Assembly (NCBI GenBank): GCA_036172245.1
Contig: JAYWIR010000015.1
Coordinates: forward strand, 1,922,001-1,986,000
DNA from: Raillietiella orientalis
Lineage: Eukaryota
DNA: 64,000 nt
Reading direction: 5' to 3'
Positions 26,123-39,699 of this stretch are shown in pieces. The stretch's first letter is position 1; every line of letters starts with the position of its first letter. The notes below the pieces were generated by a model. That model had not been told where the DNA came from. It ran no database searches and saw only the letters and a program-made list of their open reading frames with translations. A program made the translations under genes and the position numbers.

Positions 26123-27164
26123 ATATAACTGAAAGGAAAGCAGCGAAATAGAAGAGCTGAGGTCACCCTTCGGTGACCTCAACTGCTTCACACATCCGAT
26201 TTCGGTGCGTGTCAGAGAATCCACACGGTTTCCATCATCTGGATAAAGGTACCCTGATGGTTGCGCCTCCTGGCCGATGACCAAGGATGCGTTCCCGGGC
26301 GACATCCAGGCCGTGCCCAATCCGCAAGCCCATTTCCCTCTTAAGATTTCACGTTTCCACGTCTTTCTGCCTTCGATAGGCAGCTTTTCGAAGAACCTCG
26401 CCCTTTTTTCGTCCCCGTTAATAGTGGGTGCTACCGAGGCCGGTGCTGCTTCGTCTCTGAGCAGCAGGGACTTTCTGCTGCCGCGCCTCTCGCAAGTGCT
26501 GTGTCTTTGCGGCTCCCCCAGGGGCAGGAAGGCAACGTCGAGTCCCACGACTCGATCTTCGTTACTGCCCGGGTGGCGCTGTTCCCGGCATCTGCTGGTC
26601 GGGGCTCCGCGCGCTCGTTCTTCCCGGACGAGAGTGGCCTAACGCTCGCCTCTGCGTCACGAAGTTAGAGGGCGAAGGTCGGGTTGCTCACCGTTTCGTG
26701 TGGAAGTTGGTTGCACTGCTTCACCTCTCGCAGGAGCGACTAGGTTGAAGCGTGTAGGGAGCGGCAGCTGCGTAAGAGGTGGCTGGAGCGCCCGGTGCTG
26801 ATCAACGCCGGACGTGACCCTTCCCCCCGATCCGGGAACGCAAGTGCTTTGGAGGAGCGACCGTGCCCCCCTGCGTCAGGGCGTGAATCTTGTTCGTTGA
26901 TCCAAAGTGCGTCTGCCGATGGTTTCATCGGGTGACTCCCCGTCTTCAAATCTGCCGTAGGCACTCCCGTGCTCTCTTGGCTGCTCGGAGACCAACTAGC
27001 GTTCGTGCGCTGCGTGAGTCAGCTCCGGTCAGTTTGGTCGCCTCTTCGAAGGTGATGCGGATGACCCGAGGTCGGCATCTGAGGACGCGTCGTCTTCATC
27101 CGGCCTTGGTTTTTACCCGGTTTTGCCGCGGCATTAATTCTTATAATGATAATAAAAGTCATAC

Positions 27165-28800
27165 ATATTTACAATAATGTGGTAGAACACTTGGTTCTAC
27201 CACACTCGTAAAACTTGCCAAGACCAGTACGTAGACCGGCGAGGTCCGTTTCTGCGGCGACGGAGAAGGGAAAACCGAAAGAACAAACAAACAGAAAACC
27301 GAAAAGAAGGAAGTTTTTTTCTGGGGCAAGGGGTGGTATAGGGGAAGGAATCGCATTTCGCCGCCAGACGTCCTCTGCGTTCTGTCCAAGATGCTGACAA
27401 GTTTCGTTGTTTCTTCACCCAGGTGGGGCCATCTGGTGGCGGTCTTCAAAAAGACTGCCGCCCACTGGATGGCGTCCCTGCCATTCCGACCTCTTATTCC
27501 CGTGTTTCAGGCTGCTAGGGTTCCTCCGATACAGAGGGGAACTGCTAAAGACGCTGCTGGCAGCCAAGCGCCACTCATGAAGAGACGTCGAAAAATGCCC
27601 TTGGGGCCGGCTACTGGGATTTCCAGGATCGTCGAGAGACGAGCCCAAAGGAGTCGGAGGGCGGCGCAGTATGTCAGAAGGTGCGAGAAAGTCTCCTCCT
27701 CTCCGCATCTGCCGTACTGAATGTCCACGCTCCCCGTACCCAAGAATAAAGGCACGCTTTGCATGGGATTCTTCCATGCACCACCAGCAACGCCGACCCT
27801 TGCCACTCGAGGGAGAGGGTGGGACCGTTCCAGGACGCTAGAAGCCACTTCACCTCCTCCGGAGGGATTGCTAGCAGCTTGCCCGGGAGTACAAGTCTTT
27901 GGGGTGGGACACTCGGGGCTGCGGCGTCCGTGAGCTGCAGAGTTGTCCACGTACTTAGTGACCTGCAATGCAGCAGGACACTTCCCATCTTGCCGGGAGG
28001 TCGCTTTTCCTTGCTTCCCTTAGGGAGGATGGCACTGGGCCAAGGGTGGTGAACGATGCCCACAGAGGCTTGAGTGAGTTGGATGCACACGATCTCCTGC
28101 AGCGACCGTCGAACGCGTCTTCCTTTTCGGAGGCAGTTTCCTTTTCGGAGGCGGAACAGTATTCCGCCTCGTTAGACCAATGGACCTTTCTCCATGGGGA
28201 AGCTGACTCCTGCAGCTAGGCAGTGCAGTTCGCGGAGAGGCAAGAGATGCAGGTGGTTCTCCTCCATCACGGCAACCATTCCACGCAGCTGAAGGCCACA
28301 CTAACTCAAACTGGAGTCATTGGCTACGAGGAACGAAGACAGTCCCTTGCAGCCGATTGCTCTTCTGAAGAGGAGGCCTGCTGACGCGCACCAAGGCGCG
28401 GGCCATACCCCATCCTCGAGGGCGAGTCTTCCAATTTAGACCTCCGCCCTATCCGCTCTGTTCACCATCTTTACGCGAAGGACATAACTCCTTTAACCGG
28501 ACTCCGGCCTTGATTAATCGCGTCCGCGGTGGGGAGGAAAGTTTGCGCGGCTTCTTTTTCCTCTCCCACAGTCAGGCAGAGGCCTGACTGTGGGATGTGA
28601 ACTTCCTAGGGAGTCTATGATGGCTTGACCCCAGGATGTTGGCAGCACGAGGCAGCCGGACACGGAGTGGATGCCGACCTTGTCTGGAAAATAGAAGAGG
28701 TCGAGGCGTCCTTTCGAAGTCGAAGTTCCACTTCTGAGGCGCTTCGTCCGCTTTGTCGTTCCTTCAGCGATGCGTAGGGAAACCGGCCCGGAAGACGACA
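27165..28800 (-). pseudogene. Tx1-like LINE family A, heavily deleted APE-to-tail copy
   Basis: Collinear APE end, KYVDN (YVDD-like), PRV-region homology, CAALRLLWARLSTILEIPV (matches CSALLPLWERYGTTLGIPV at 46.5 kb), RWPHLG and stem-loop tail. Confidence 0.7.
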
Positions 28801-29549
28801 TCCAAGGACGTCTTCTAGTGATGAGGAAGCGTGATGTATTCTTAATCTGTTGGGTACCTGCAAAGGGAAACTTTCGTGCTGCATTCCATCACCCGAACGT
28901 GCGTAGGGTAGCCAGAACGGGGGATTTCCGAGAAAGGTTATGGCGTCGAGTAAGCAAAGTCCTCATTGTCCACGCTGGATGTGCAAGTTTACCGAAATGC
29001 CTTACGGCGAGAACATGGCTTCTGAGCTTAAGACAATCTGAAAATTCCAAACACTACTATTGACAGAGAGATTCCCTTTTTCGAGTACAAGAGATCAATT
29101 CATTCCGCTCTTTGAAGCTCGAGCCCAACTTCATGGCCCGGTTTCCTAGGAAACGCTCCGGCATGTTGAGGAAGGATTCCAGCTGCTCTCGCCGAATGAC
29201 AAGTGATTTCGATGGAAAGTTCTCTCTGCATTCAAGTGGACAGGCAGTGCGTAGTAAGTGCGGAGGAACCGTTGTGGAGCCACCTCGAACGGAAGTGGCT
29301 CCATTGCTAAAATCAGCTTTAGCCAGCAGGAGTGAGTTTCTTCGGAAGGGGTTCAGCGGATGGCCGCGTGCTGTATCAACCAGTCCCTCGGGAGCGCTCA
29401 CATTCCATCCAGGGAAGAGGAAGGAAATAGGCATTCAGAAGGGAGCATATCCCTTCGGAAGTCGGTCCCTTGAAGGAAGCACCGACTCGCAGACTCGACG
29501 TGCCGAATTGAAGAGGCGATGAGCCGCAAAGGAATAGCCAAGTTCTGGA

Positions 29550-31450
29550 GGAAAGAGTGAGGATAAGGGGATCGCCTGCATGCGAATCGCTGCCTTTTCG
29601 ACCTGCGATATGACCCCCTTATCGCGCTGATCCAGTTGTCTTTTTTCCGCCCGCGTCGAGCACGGGGCGGTGGAAGCTGCCCCGCGCCGACTTCAGTTCC
29701 GCTCCTCGCCGCCAGACTGCGGGACGCTGTTGGTCTGGCGATCACTGCAGAGCTAGAGAATAACCGTCGCAGGATACTTCAAGATAGCAAGGGGCAGGCT
29801 CGGGAGGGACTCGGTTGCCTCACATCTGGCACAGCGCACTGGCAAAGATGTCCAGCACGTGCTGCGCCACCCGTGAGGGATGCTGTTCAAACACAGTAGA
29901 GGCACAAGAAGAGGGACTAAGGAAGTCAGGAGGGTGCCTAAGAAGTTCTGTCCACCTGGTTCGTCTCCGCCATTGTTCAAATGCTTGGAGTCGTCGCGTC
30001 CGCCAGCTGACTCGGTGGAGACCATGCGGCAAGGAATCCTTGTTACTGAGATGGAGGTGCAGGAGTGTTCCGGTCTCGCAGGTAAGTCAGCTGTCACCTC
30101 CTCTCCCTCGGGGAGGCTGGCGTTTGAGGGAGAGAACAAGGAGCTCATTTCTTTCTGCCCCCCCCCCCCTTCAAGTCATCGAGGTAGTCTTCACGAGGTG
30201 ACGCAAGGGGAGTGGATGTTTTGACCGGGCTAGCTGTCGAGAGTCTCCAGACTCCAGGACGACGGGATCCGACAGAGGGGGAGATCTTCGGATGTTCCTC
30301 CATAGGAAAGGGAGCCATCAGGCCGCTTTCCCGGTCAGCTCAGAAGCGGTGGCGCTGGAGTGACCTGAGGGCCTTTCTCAATTCGCAAATTTCTTTTTCC
30401 TGAGGAGTCGTTACCCACTCCCCCACTCCCCCTACGAGGAAAGAGTCGACTATGCGAATGCTTCTCTAAAGGTTCGGGAGAAACTCGACCTGGTTGCAAG
30501 ACCTGAGCGCAGTTCGGAAGATCCGCTCCCTCCTGCCGGATTCCATCGCGTTTGCACACCCTGGCGCGGGAATCTGAAGCCGGAATCTGAGACGCGGAAG
30601 TGAATCGAAGTTCCTAGAGTTCCATGGCTGAGGCGAAGGCTGAATGAGGCTGGGGAGCATGGCAGGGGGGACGTTTTTCTGGCTCACGGGGCGGAAATTA
30701 GCATTCCTAGTTCATTTACGGTCCCAATTGCAAGTGAAAAAAGGGTTCCTCCTCTCAGAAATCACGGAAGGAATTCTTGGACTCCAGAATTTCACGGGAG
30801 TCCGGAGCTTAAAAAATCACCTCCTTAATCTCTTTTGATGTTCCCGGAGTATTCCTCTCACAAATAGAATGGTAATGACTTTTCAGTTCCGTTTCCTCCG
30901 ACACGCTGCCCGGATGCTCTCCTTGTTGATGAAACCCGTCGCTCATTGTCTTCCGCTGCTTCAATCTTCACTCCTTTGAGATGATCTTTCACGGCGACTC
31001 CAAAAGGGAAAGGTAGAATTCTTCGCTCCGAGAGGCACCGCGGTCCGGGCCGGGAACGTCCTTCTGGCAGGGATCGGAGCGAGAGTCACCCGTCCTATTA
31101 TCCAGAAAATCACTCCCTGGATGTTCCTGGGACAGACAGTCCAGCACGAGACAGGGGAGCGGCGTTTGATGGGCAGGAGAATGCGAGGGCGACGGTTGCG
31201 ACCGCGACAGCACTCGCTGCGTGACGCGCACGGACGAGCATCTCCGAGCGGCATACGTGCCGGACGGAAAGGTCGACGGAGGGACCGGCAGCAGATCGCC
31301 ACGTCTCGGGAGAGGGAGAGGAGGAGAGAGGTCACGTTGGATACTGGGCGATGACGAGGCTTACGTCTGGTTCAGCAGGAGGTTCGGGAGGATGGGAGCC
31401 GGCATCCGTCGAATCCTAGGCGGCAGCATCGGCGTCACAGATACGGTTCA
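29550..31450 (-). pseudogene. LINE ORF2 relic (L1/Tx1-like)
   Basis: EIKEVIF*APDS (pre-RT) and RDGIRQEG (GIRQG-like) on the minus strand; boundaries uncertain. Confidence 0.4.
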
Positions 31451-31849
31451 GCTGCTCATTTCAAATGGAGAGTGCAGCTTGGAGATTCCCGAAGAACTGT
31501 TATCTATAAAGACAGGATACAAAAAGAAAAAAAAAGGGGAATAAAGAAAAAGGGACATAACTCAAGGAAGGAATACAAATGGGATGTTTTCAGATGTTAT
31601 CGAAGGTCATTAGCTAGCTGAAGAAGTGGGTAGCATCATTAGGGAAGGTCTCCCAGTTCGACAGTGAAGATATAGAGCTAACGAAATGAGTGGAATCAAC
31701 AGAAGACTTCTGGCAGAGAGAACTTCAGGCATTGGGAAGAGAGTTGAAGGATTTATTAATTTCATTTGGTACAGGAATCTCCCTCCCTCTTTCTCTGTCT
31801 CCCTCCGAGGAAATCACGCGCCTCTGTTCGCGATGGGGACCGTGACAGT

Positions 31850-32950
31850 GAGTCTCTCGTTCCCGGATAAGATACGGGAGAGATCCCTGAATTCGAGAGA
31901 TGGAGCGAGCCGCTCTATCCTTCCGGTTTCGCAGCAACGTCGGAGTCTTCCGCGTCGCCTTAGGAAAGAACAGGCCGGGAGGTCAGGAAAAAGCAGTACG
32001 CCCGCCTTCCTCCGTTCTGCGAAGGAGGCTCCAGCCCTGCAGGGCGATCTGGAAACGCTGCCTTGTCTCCCCTGAGACAAGGTCGATCTTACCCTGCGGA
32101 GCTGCGGTGTGACTGGAAGAGCAGCTGCCCCCGTCTCCTCCATCCGTTCGTCTAAGCGGATCTCCACTGGGGCTCCACGGCTGGCAGACCAGAGCTCCTC
32201 TCTTCCTCTCGCCTCTTGGGGCCTCTCTCGGCCAGCGCCGCCTCAAGATCAGTCCGCAGGGAGCGCGATTGGACCGCCTCGAGATGGAAACTGAGCGCGC
32301 GAATTGGGGCCTTCTTACAGGAAGTTTCCCGGTACCCAGGAGGAAGGCGCAGAGATTCCCTACCGAGGGCTTCCAAAGCGTGTTCGTGTCCTGGTGCGCC
32401 TGCTACCCCGACCTGCCACGGGAAGCCCACTGTGCTGACCACTAGCGAACGAGAGAGTCCGTTCGTGGCGTGCACCCTCCCCCTCTTGCTCCGTCCTGGG
32501 TCTGCCAGACCTGCAGTGGGGTTCCAGAAAGGCGGACTGTCGACAAGAGCCCACTCCTTCCCCTCGTCCGGGAGCGACCGCTGCGTGGGGGACCAACCAC
32601 CCTTCCGGGCTGCCCTCTCTTTAGCTGGGCAGCTGCGTCTTCGTGTCCGCAGCGATTCTCTCCCAGCTTAGAGATGGGCAGCACAAACACTGGTGGTCTT
32701 CAGGCGCCACAGTCGGAAGAACGCTGGGAAATATTCGTGCCCTGAGCAATCGGAGGGATGGGGGGAAGGAGCTGCATGTATCCGGAGATGACGTCGGAGC
32801 GCCCGGAAAACAGGCGCTCGCCCGATCCGTCCTGCGACCGGAGGAGCGGGCGGTCGCGGTGTTAGCATCCAAACGCTGCCCACCGCGGGTGGTGTGCGCC
32901 GTCCGGTCCCGGCACTCCTCCGAGAGGCGGCACCGCTCCTGTTCGCTTTG
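31850..32950 (-). pseudogene. L1/Tx1-like ORF1 relic (tentative)
   Basis: GC-rich; VSTVGFPWQV...HALEALG resembles the ORF1 V...P..V....I...L..G motif. Confidence 0.3.
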
Positions 32951-32954
32951 CATC

Positions 32955-33600
32955 CCTCATGACACCAGTAAGTAGATATTCCAGAGGCCAAGGATGACCA
33001 CCAGGGACTGTGAGCAGTTCGCAACAAGCGGCTCTCGCCAGGAGATGAGACTGTTTCGCCTCACCACGAAGATGATGGGGCATTTTATCCACAGGTACCG
33101 AAAGCTCTGGAAAAATCAGGAATCCAACTGATGGCTCCTGACCACAGAGCAAACATCCGAGAAGCGGTAACAAAAAACTCGGACGAGGACGACGCTCCGC
33201 TACAGCCGCCAGGTGAACCTGTTGGCGATTAGAACCACGGTCTCGATGAGCGACCTACCACCCAACACTCAGGATGGCCTCCTGATATTTTATAACGGAG
33301 GCATCCTGAGCGGTCCGAGGACACAGTACTGGTCAGACAATATTCAGGACAAGATCTGCATGGTTTGTGGAGTCAGGGAAACCCAACTCCACGTACTCAC
33401 CTGCCCGACACTGCGCGGCGACTGGGCTAAGCTGAAGCAGGGGACCGACCTGCAGACGATGAAGATGAAGATCCTGGCGAGGATGTTTAAAGGGAACGGC
33501 AACGTTCCCCGATACAACCCAATCGTTGGCACAACCATCGCCCTCTTCATCAGGAGCATCGTGATAGGCAAAAATGCAGACCCGCATAAACAATATGCAA
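32955..33600 (+). pseudogene. Tx1-like LINE family B, ORF2 C-terminus with zinc-binding motif
   Basis: SDLPPNTQDGLLIFYNGG...ICMVCGVRETQLHVLTCPTLRGDW matches the CxxC...ET..H..C motif of L1/Tx1 ORF2. Confidence 0.85.
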
Positions 33601-33619
33601 GCAGTGGATATCCTGAAAG

Positions 33620-34270
33620 GTTTATTCAAAACGGAAATTGAGATCAGGATCTGTGGACATATTTTTACTTGGACATACCATTATACGCTGCAAAGGATTG
33701 AGGAATGTAGTCAAGTGAGTGGAATCCCCACTAGAACTCAGTGACCCCATTCCCGCTGAGTACATCTGAACGTGGCAAGCAAGTGACAATAAGTGACATC
33801 GAAAAACGCTTGTGAGAGTGAAAGTGAGCATGAGGCTGTGGTACTCTCCAATGTTATGAATATTGTGATCTCAGGCTGTTAAATAAATTCATCCCACCGC
33901 GAGTCGGAATGGGGAAAACTGCCCACCGTCCATATTCTGTGGTCGATGTGGTGTACAATCGTGTTGCCATCTTCGGTGTTCATGCATGTCAAAAAGTGGT
34001 CGTCGGCGTTTGAGATCAGAAAATCCCGGTCTGAAATACTAGGGAGGGAGACGCTGCTCATAATAAACCTGACTGAAAGAACCCAAAGCTGAAGTAAACA
34101 AATCGAGATCGAGAGTGACAGAAATGCTGCCGAGTCTCAGGTGTCTTCTGATGGTACTCTGTGAAAGGCATGAATTGCGTGACTGTGCGTGCCATATGCA
34201 AGTCGGATCCGAGGATACGCCACGACTAATCACTTTAAAGCGCATAAACCAAAGAATAGGTTCGTTCCTC
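33620..34270 (-). pseudogene. Tc1-like transposase relic
   Basis: SQSTIRRHLR (HTH), HHIDHRIWTVGSFPH (N.HN.RIW...NPH-like) and STDPDLN (SPDL.P-like) in order. Confidence 0.55.
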
Positions 34271-34349
34271 TTTCACACTTTACAGCACTGGAAGAGGAGT
34301 CTCAGATGAAAATTTTTTTTCGTCTTGGAATGTCGCTCTGTACTGTTCT

Positions 34350-36350
34350 TCTTGGGTACCAAGGATAACTCACTCGATAGCAATTTTAGGTCTCTCCAGA
34401 AATTTGCGCTGTTTCTTAGTGGCTTGGCTGACATGACAGCAAGGATGCACGATCGATGTTGCAGGACTGGACGCAACGGACGCAGGGCACTCCTTGCTAC
34501 AGCTCCGTCTGCCCTGAGGACAAACAAGGACAACAGCCAACCTGCGAAGCGGGGTTCTCCTGCACTATTGCAGGAGTAGAGGAACTCCTAGATGGCTGGA
34601 AGACGAGCGGGTTGGACGAACGGCGCCACTCTTTGTTTCCGGGCGAAGGAACACCTTCGGTGGAGCGAGCTGCTCGGCCTACCCCCCGAAGAACTAGGGG
34701 AAACAACTCAGTGTGCGGACACCTCCGGTGTTCCCACTGAGTTGAAAACAGGGTGTCTTGCTGCTTCTTCACTTTGATTTCCGGTGCGAGTAGCACCGGC
34801 ACCTGGTTTTCGAGGAACATGCGCCCCAAAACCGCTTGAGTTGCGGGGCGATGGAATCATTTCTGCACCTCTTGTTGGACCGCGGTGCCTGGAGGACATC
34901 TGGTGGGGACTCGCTTTGGTGCTCCTCCCCAGCCGAAGGACTCCGCTGCAGACTTTCTTTCTTCACGTGAGGCGGACTCACAGAGGGAGCAGTGAGCGCC
35001 TCGAGATGGTGCATCGTGCGCCATCGTCACAGTCTGCCATGTGCTGGAGCTTCGGACGCAGCGAAGGGAAGCTTCCTTCATGATAACTGCTGTGATGAGG
35101 ATAGCTGCGAGGCGACCTCAAAGGAGCGCTCTTCACCGAAAACCCCTGTCTCTTCTCTGCCACTCCGTACGTCCTTGGAAGCCGCCCTGCGTCCCGGTGA
35201 TTATTCCAATTGAACTTCTTTTTGTTCTTTCTTGGCAACCGAGTTCTCAACTTGCTAGTTTTTTTTTTTTAAAAAAAGAAACGTCGTGGTGTGACCAGGT
35301 AACTGTCCAGCATATTTGCCTCCTCTTCCCCCTGGGTCACTAGGATCTTCCCTCAGCCTCGAATCAATCCCCGAGATGGACCGATCGTCAGCCTCCAGCT
35401 CCCGAGGTTTCGAGATGGTCGGCTTGAGCCGTGCCATGCACCTCGCGGTCTGGTTGTCGGTGCTAGGTTGAGCACGAAGTGACCTACGGATTCTACCCGC
35501 AGTTCCCAAATCCTGCACTGGTCGGCGCCGTCCCCAGTAGGCGCTGCCCGCGCTGGAGGAACGCCAAGGTTGCTCATGAGGTCATGTGCTCTCCAACTTA
35601 AGACTTGGTACTTCGTAACAATTTCGTTAAGCAGTTGCCTAGAATAGGAATGCCCCTTTTTAATTGCTTTTGTGCGCGCCCGCGTGTCCATCGGAAGCCT
35701 TCTGCGTACGAAGAGGAAGGAGTCGCAACGGTCAAACGGAGAAAAGTGAAGCTCCTTCTCGAGTATCGCTGGATGCATCATGTCAACTCCTTTCGATGAA
35801 GAGCATCGAAACGCACCTTCTTTTCAAGTTGGATTTTTGTATGACCATCCTTCCCAAAAACTGCAGTGGTTTTCTCAACGTTTCGCCTTCCTGGAAGGAC
35901 ATCCGGGATCCTTTTCGTACCGATTCCCTTATACAAAGGACCGATCCCGGCACTGCCGCCGTCCTTGCTCGCAAGGAGGGAGTTCGGTAGGACAGAATTT
36001 CTGGAAAAGCAAAACAGGGCTTTCACTCGAAGCTGGTTTAAAGCATAGGGCAGAACTCTCAAAGCCAAGTGCGTCAGAGGCCTTACAGGATGTGCTTCTC
36101 TGCAATCGCTGCAAGAAACCCCAAGGTGCTCCGTGGCAGCGACCAGGTTTTCGGCTCTCCGAAAGCGAAACTGATGGAGGGAAACGATTCGGCGGCATCG
36201 AATGGCGGACCGGCACGTGAGAGCTGCTCCGTGCCACCTGGAGCCGGAGGTTCAGGGAGCTCACGGTTCCTGAAGACACGTTCCCGAAATCGGGTTTTCG
36301 ACTGCGACGCTGCAGAGACCTATAACGGGAGAAGATATCTCGGAGGAGAG
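34350..36350 (-). pseudogene. LINE reverse-transcriptase relic
   Basis: KKGHSYSRQLLNEIVTK (RPISLLN-like), KRQGF..APL and ADCDD in order; many frameshifts. Confidence 0.4.
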
Positions 36351-36609
36351 TGAAAGGTTGAGCGAGCGAGTCCCTGGCGCGCCATTTTCTGGTGCTCGCA
36401 ACAGTGCTGTGTTGAATGTGCCACTTTGCTCCATGCGATTATCAGTGGATAATCACTTTAAAATGCAGACGCACACACACACACGCGATAATAATAATAC
36501 AGTGCATATTGGACATGGTCACCTTTGATAAAAGGAAACTTTTGACGTGAGCAACCCCTGATACAGTCAAGATTTTAAGCTTTCTGTCATTCGATAAGAT
36601 CCTTGCCCG

Positions 36610-37320
36610 CGTCGGAGGTCATGTGGTCACGGTCTCCGCGTGTGGCATCTGACGTTGCGAGTTCGAATACTCGGCAAGAATCGGCGCAAAGAGTTTGTGC
36701 GCGTCGTGGGTTCGAGTCGGAGACCCTCGAGATAACGCTGTTCGACCTGATTCCAGGGGCGGCGCCCAGTAGTAGTTCAAAATGTTATGCCCCCGACGAG
36801 GGGACATACAGTTTGAACGACAGTCGACCTCCGGGTCCCTTCCAGGAATCAAGGAGTGGGAGTTCCCCTCCGGTTGTGCATAGAAGCGGACTCCCCTTTG
36901 GGGGGAACCCTCCGTAGAGTAGGTGTGTCGCTACATCTCTAGCGTTCCAGAGAAGTGTGCCACTTTCTTCAGGGAGAGCGCCCTTCTGAATTTTGGAAGC
37001 GTCCCTTCAGGGCTCTCTTCAGAGGAGTAAACAGTAGAGGTTCCTTGCGGGTTCCCTTCGGAGAAAAAAACATGGAGCGGACCCCTTCTGGCGTCCCTCT
37101 GGAGAGAGTAAAGAAGGGAAGGATTCTCTTTCGGGTTCCCGTCGGAGGCAACCAGGGTTGGGAGGTTTCCTTCGGGGATGCCTCCCCGGGCTTGAGAGGC
37201 GGTCTCTCCCCGGCATCTTGAAGAATTAACACACGTACCTTCGGGTAGGGTGGGGAACAGTCTCAAAGAGCTGCGTTGGACGCTGGTTGTTGAAGTACTC
37301 AGCGAACCCCCCCCCAAAAA
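36610..37320 (+). mobile_element. tRNA-derived SINE, copy 5
   Basis: Head TGTGGTCACGG...GAGTTCGAATAC, second box GGGTTCGAGTC, GGGTTCCCTTC body and tail GTACTCAGCGAACC. Confidence 0.75.
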
Positions 37321-37399
37321 GCTGAAAGCATAGAAGGATTTCCATCGTCTAAGAGGAACCTTTTTTCGACCACGTTAAAGACGGGGAGGGGAATAAGAG

Positions 37400-37790
37400 A
37401 AATTCGTCAGCTATTCAAATAAAAAGTTGGATGTTTCACGTGAAATGGAAAAGGGAGCGAAGGCCAAAGTGGCGCGTTCGAAATGCAGCGTGGATCAATC
37501 GGCCATTTCGGAAATCGGGAAAAATAAGGAGAACTCGGAGGCCAACGTCTCCTCGTGCTGTTCCGAAACACCGAGGAACACCTGGATGGCAATCCCGAAA
37601 TTCCCTGGAGTGGACGGAGCTTCGCATTCGTGGTTTTCACAAGAGCCAGACTTGCAAAGCATCACCATCGCAGATGAAACCTCGAAATGAGAGGCCAAGG
37701 AAATTCGTGTTCGGTTGGGATGGGGAATTTTCGGCAAGTGATGGGTGGCTATTCAGCTCCGTAACAGAAGAAATGCGGGGATTACGGAAC
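37400..37790 (+). pseudogene. pogo/Tigger transposase N-terminal relic (psq and CENP-B-type HTH)
   Basis: EMEKGAK...DQSAISEIGKNKE, KFPGVDGASHSWF and EFSASDGWLF (F.AS.GWL signature). Confidence 0.7.
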
Positions 37791-38599
37791 GGGCGGAGGG
37801 AAAATCGTGTTCCTGATCCGGATACCATCAGGAACGCTCCTTTGGAGCATGCAGAAGAAAATGTAGAGGAGAGGAACAGTGTTGAAAAATTCGATATTCA
37901 GTCATTCAATTTAGCTGTTGAGTGGTCAGAAAGTGTCTGCCTTCCTGCTCACGATGTCCTTCTCCCGAGAAGAATACGGGAAAAAAGCAATCGTGAAGTT
38001 CGGATCAAATTTTTTATCGTGTCATCATCATTTACCACATACACTATCATTACCTTCACCTTGTGATGTTACTGAAATTGTTCATTTGATTGTAAAAATT
38101 CATGTTACTGCTCAACAGTTTGGTTTCTTTCATTTCATTATCCAAAATTATATTTTTTTTATTTTATTTCGGCTACCCGTCTCGATACAATCAACGACAT
38201 TCCACAAAGGCAACATTTCTAGAATTTCGATTCCAGCAAAGGCGACTCTATCGAATGCGCACTGTAATAGTAATAGAAAGCGAAATTATCAAGATGCCGG
38301 CATTTTATTCTCCGTGTTCGCTCCAGATGTAACGTTTAATAAAGTGCAGTGGGCATGATCTGCCTCGAAAGTTCGTATCATGGCTTTTGCTTTAGGAGTC
38401 ATTCATTTTTTGGCTTGCATTGTCCATCTCAGACCTCTTTGATCGTTATGACTAATGCAACATGTCGATGGAAAGATCAGAGATGCAAAATAGGTCGTGA
38501 GGGTTCTCAAGATTGAAGCGATGGAAGGGTTAGGCGTTCGTTTCAGAGCCACGAACCCCCCGATCTGCCCATTGTCCCTGAATCCGATTCCACTGATTT

Positions 38600-39600
38600 G
38601 CAGTCCTTCTGTTTCTGGTTACCGCGTCCCTTCAGCAAAGCCGTGTAGGCTGTACTTTGCATTCGAGGCCGTTGTACCATTCTCGAGACGTGATTTGGTG
38701 TACTTCATCGAGTTTGGCCTGGTCACTTCGATTGAATTCGCTCTCCTACGTTCCCGGATCCAAGCACCAGTGCTGCTGATAAAGGAATGAATACGTGGCC
38801 TGATTCGATTTTCTCTCTCCCTCTATCTCTTTAATTCTCTGAAAGTCTTCACCTAGACCTGTTCGTTCCCATTCTTCTTTAATGATTTCCCTTTTCATCA
38901 CGTGCAACTGAAATGACTCGAAACTTGAAATTTCCTCGTTAAAAATTTCGTACTTTTTCTAGATTCGGACATGAAGCGTATCTTGTCAATCACTTTTGGT
39001 GGGTATTTGGTGCCCTGTTGGTCATTTCTCATCCATCCACTCTTCGTTCCTTCCACCATCTCGGAGACTCGTTGACGAAATGTTCTCACTCAAGCCGTTT
39101 GGGAACCGCGCAGCCCTATTTGTTGCTTCGCAGCTTAATTCCGTGGGTTCAGATGTCTGAAGCACTTCGGCTTCCACTTCACTAAAAGTGGGTCTTCTGT
39201 AACGCCTAAGAATTGTGCTCTGCCCTTTGGTTTCCGCGACGCGGGGTCGCGCGTTTCCAGCTAAGTTTCGGAGACCGAATTTCTAATCGACACACACATC
39301 CGGAATGCATCGCATTGTGGTCGAAATGTGTTCGAAAATGAACGTCAAAATTCAGTGGCAGCAGCGTGTGACGTTGCGATTTATTGTGCATCTGATGATA
39401 AATTGCAAGCACAAATCATGAACAGTTACAAATAGGTCTAAAAGTGCTGTGGAAACGCTCGCTTCTTCACCGCTCCTGCAAGGATCCGCTACCTTAGGAA
39501 AGAATTCACTTCCCAAAACTCTACAACTCCCTGTTCTTGCTTTGATGGTCGAGAAGGTGAGCTGCCAAAAACGGCTTCCACTCAAAGAGCGAGGGGACAT
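38600..39600 (-). pseudogene. RTE-like LINE 3' relic (tentative)
   Basis: KVIDKIRFMSESRKSTK (D.IRN..IR-like) and SGHV (W.GHV-like). Confidence 0.3.
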
Positions 39601-39699
39601 CTGCTGAGAATCTTAATATGAAGCTCAAAGTTGAGTTGTAGCCACACCTTGAGTTTCGAAGTCAGGAGCGGCAACAGATTATCGTACTGATGCGTTCGC

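Noticed and set aside
25628..26548. 306-aa minus-strand ORF
   Set aside because: Runs antisense through a SINE and its poly(A) tail (poly-Phe stretch); a chance open frame.
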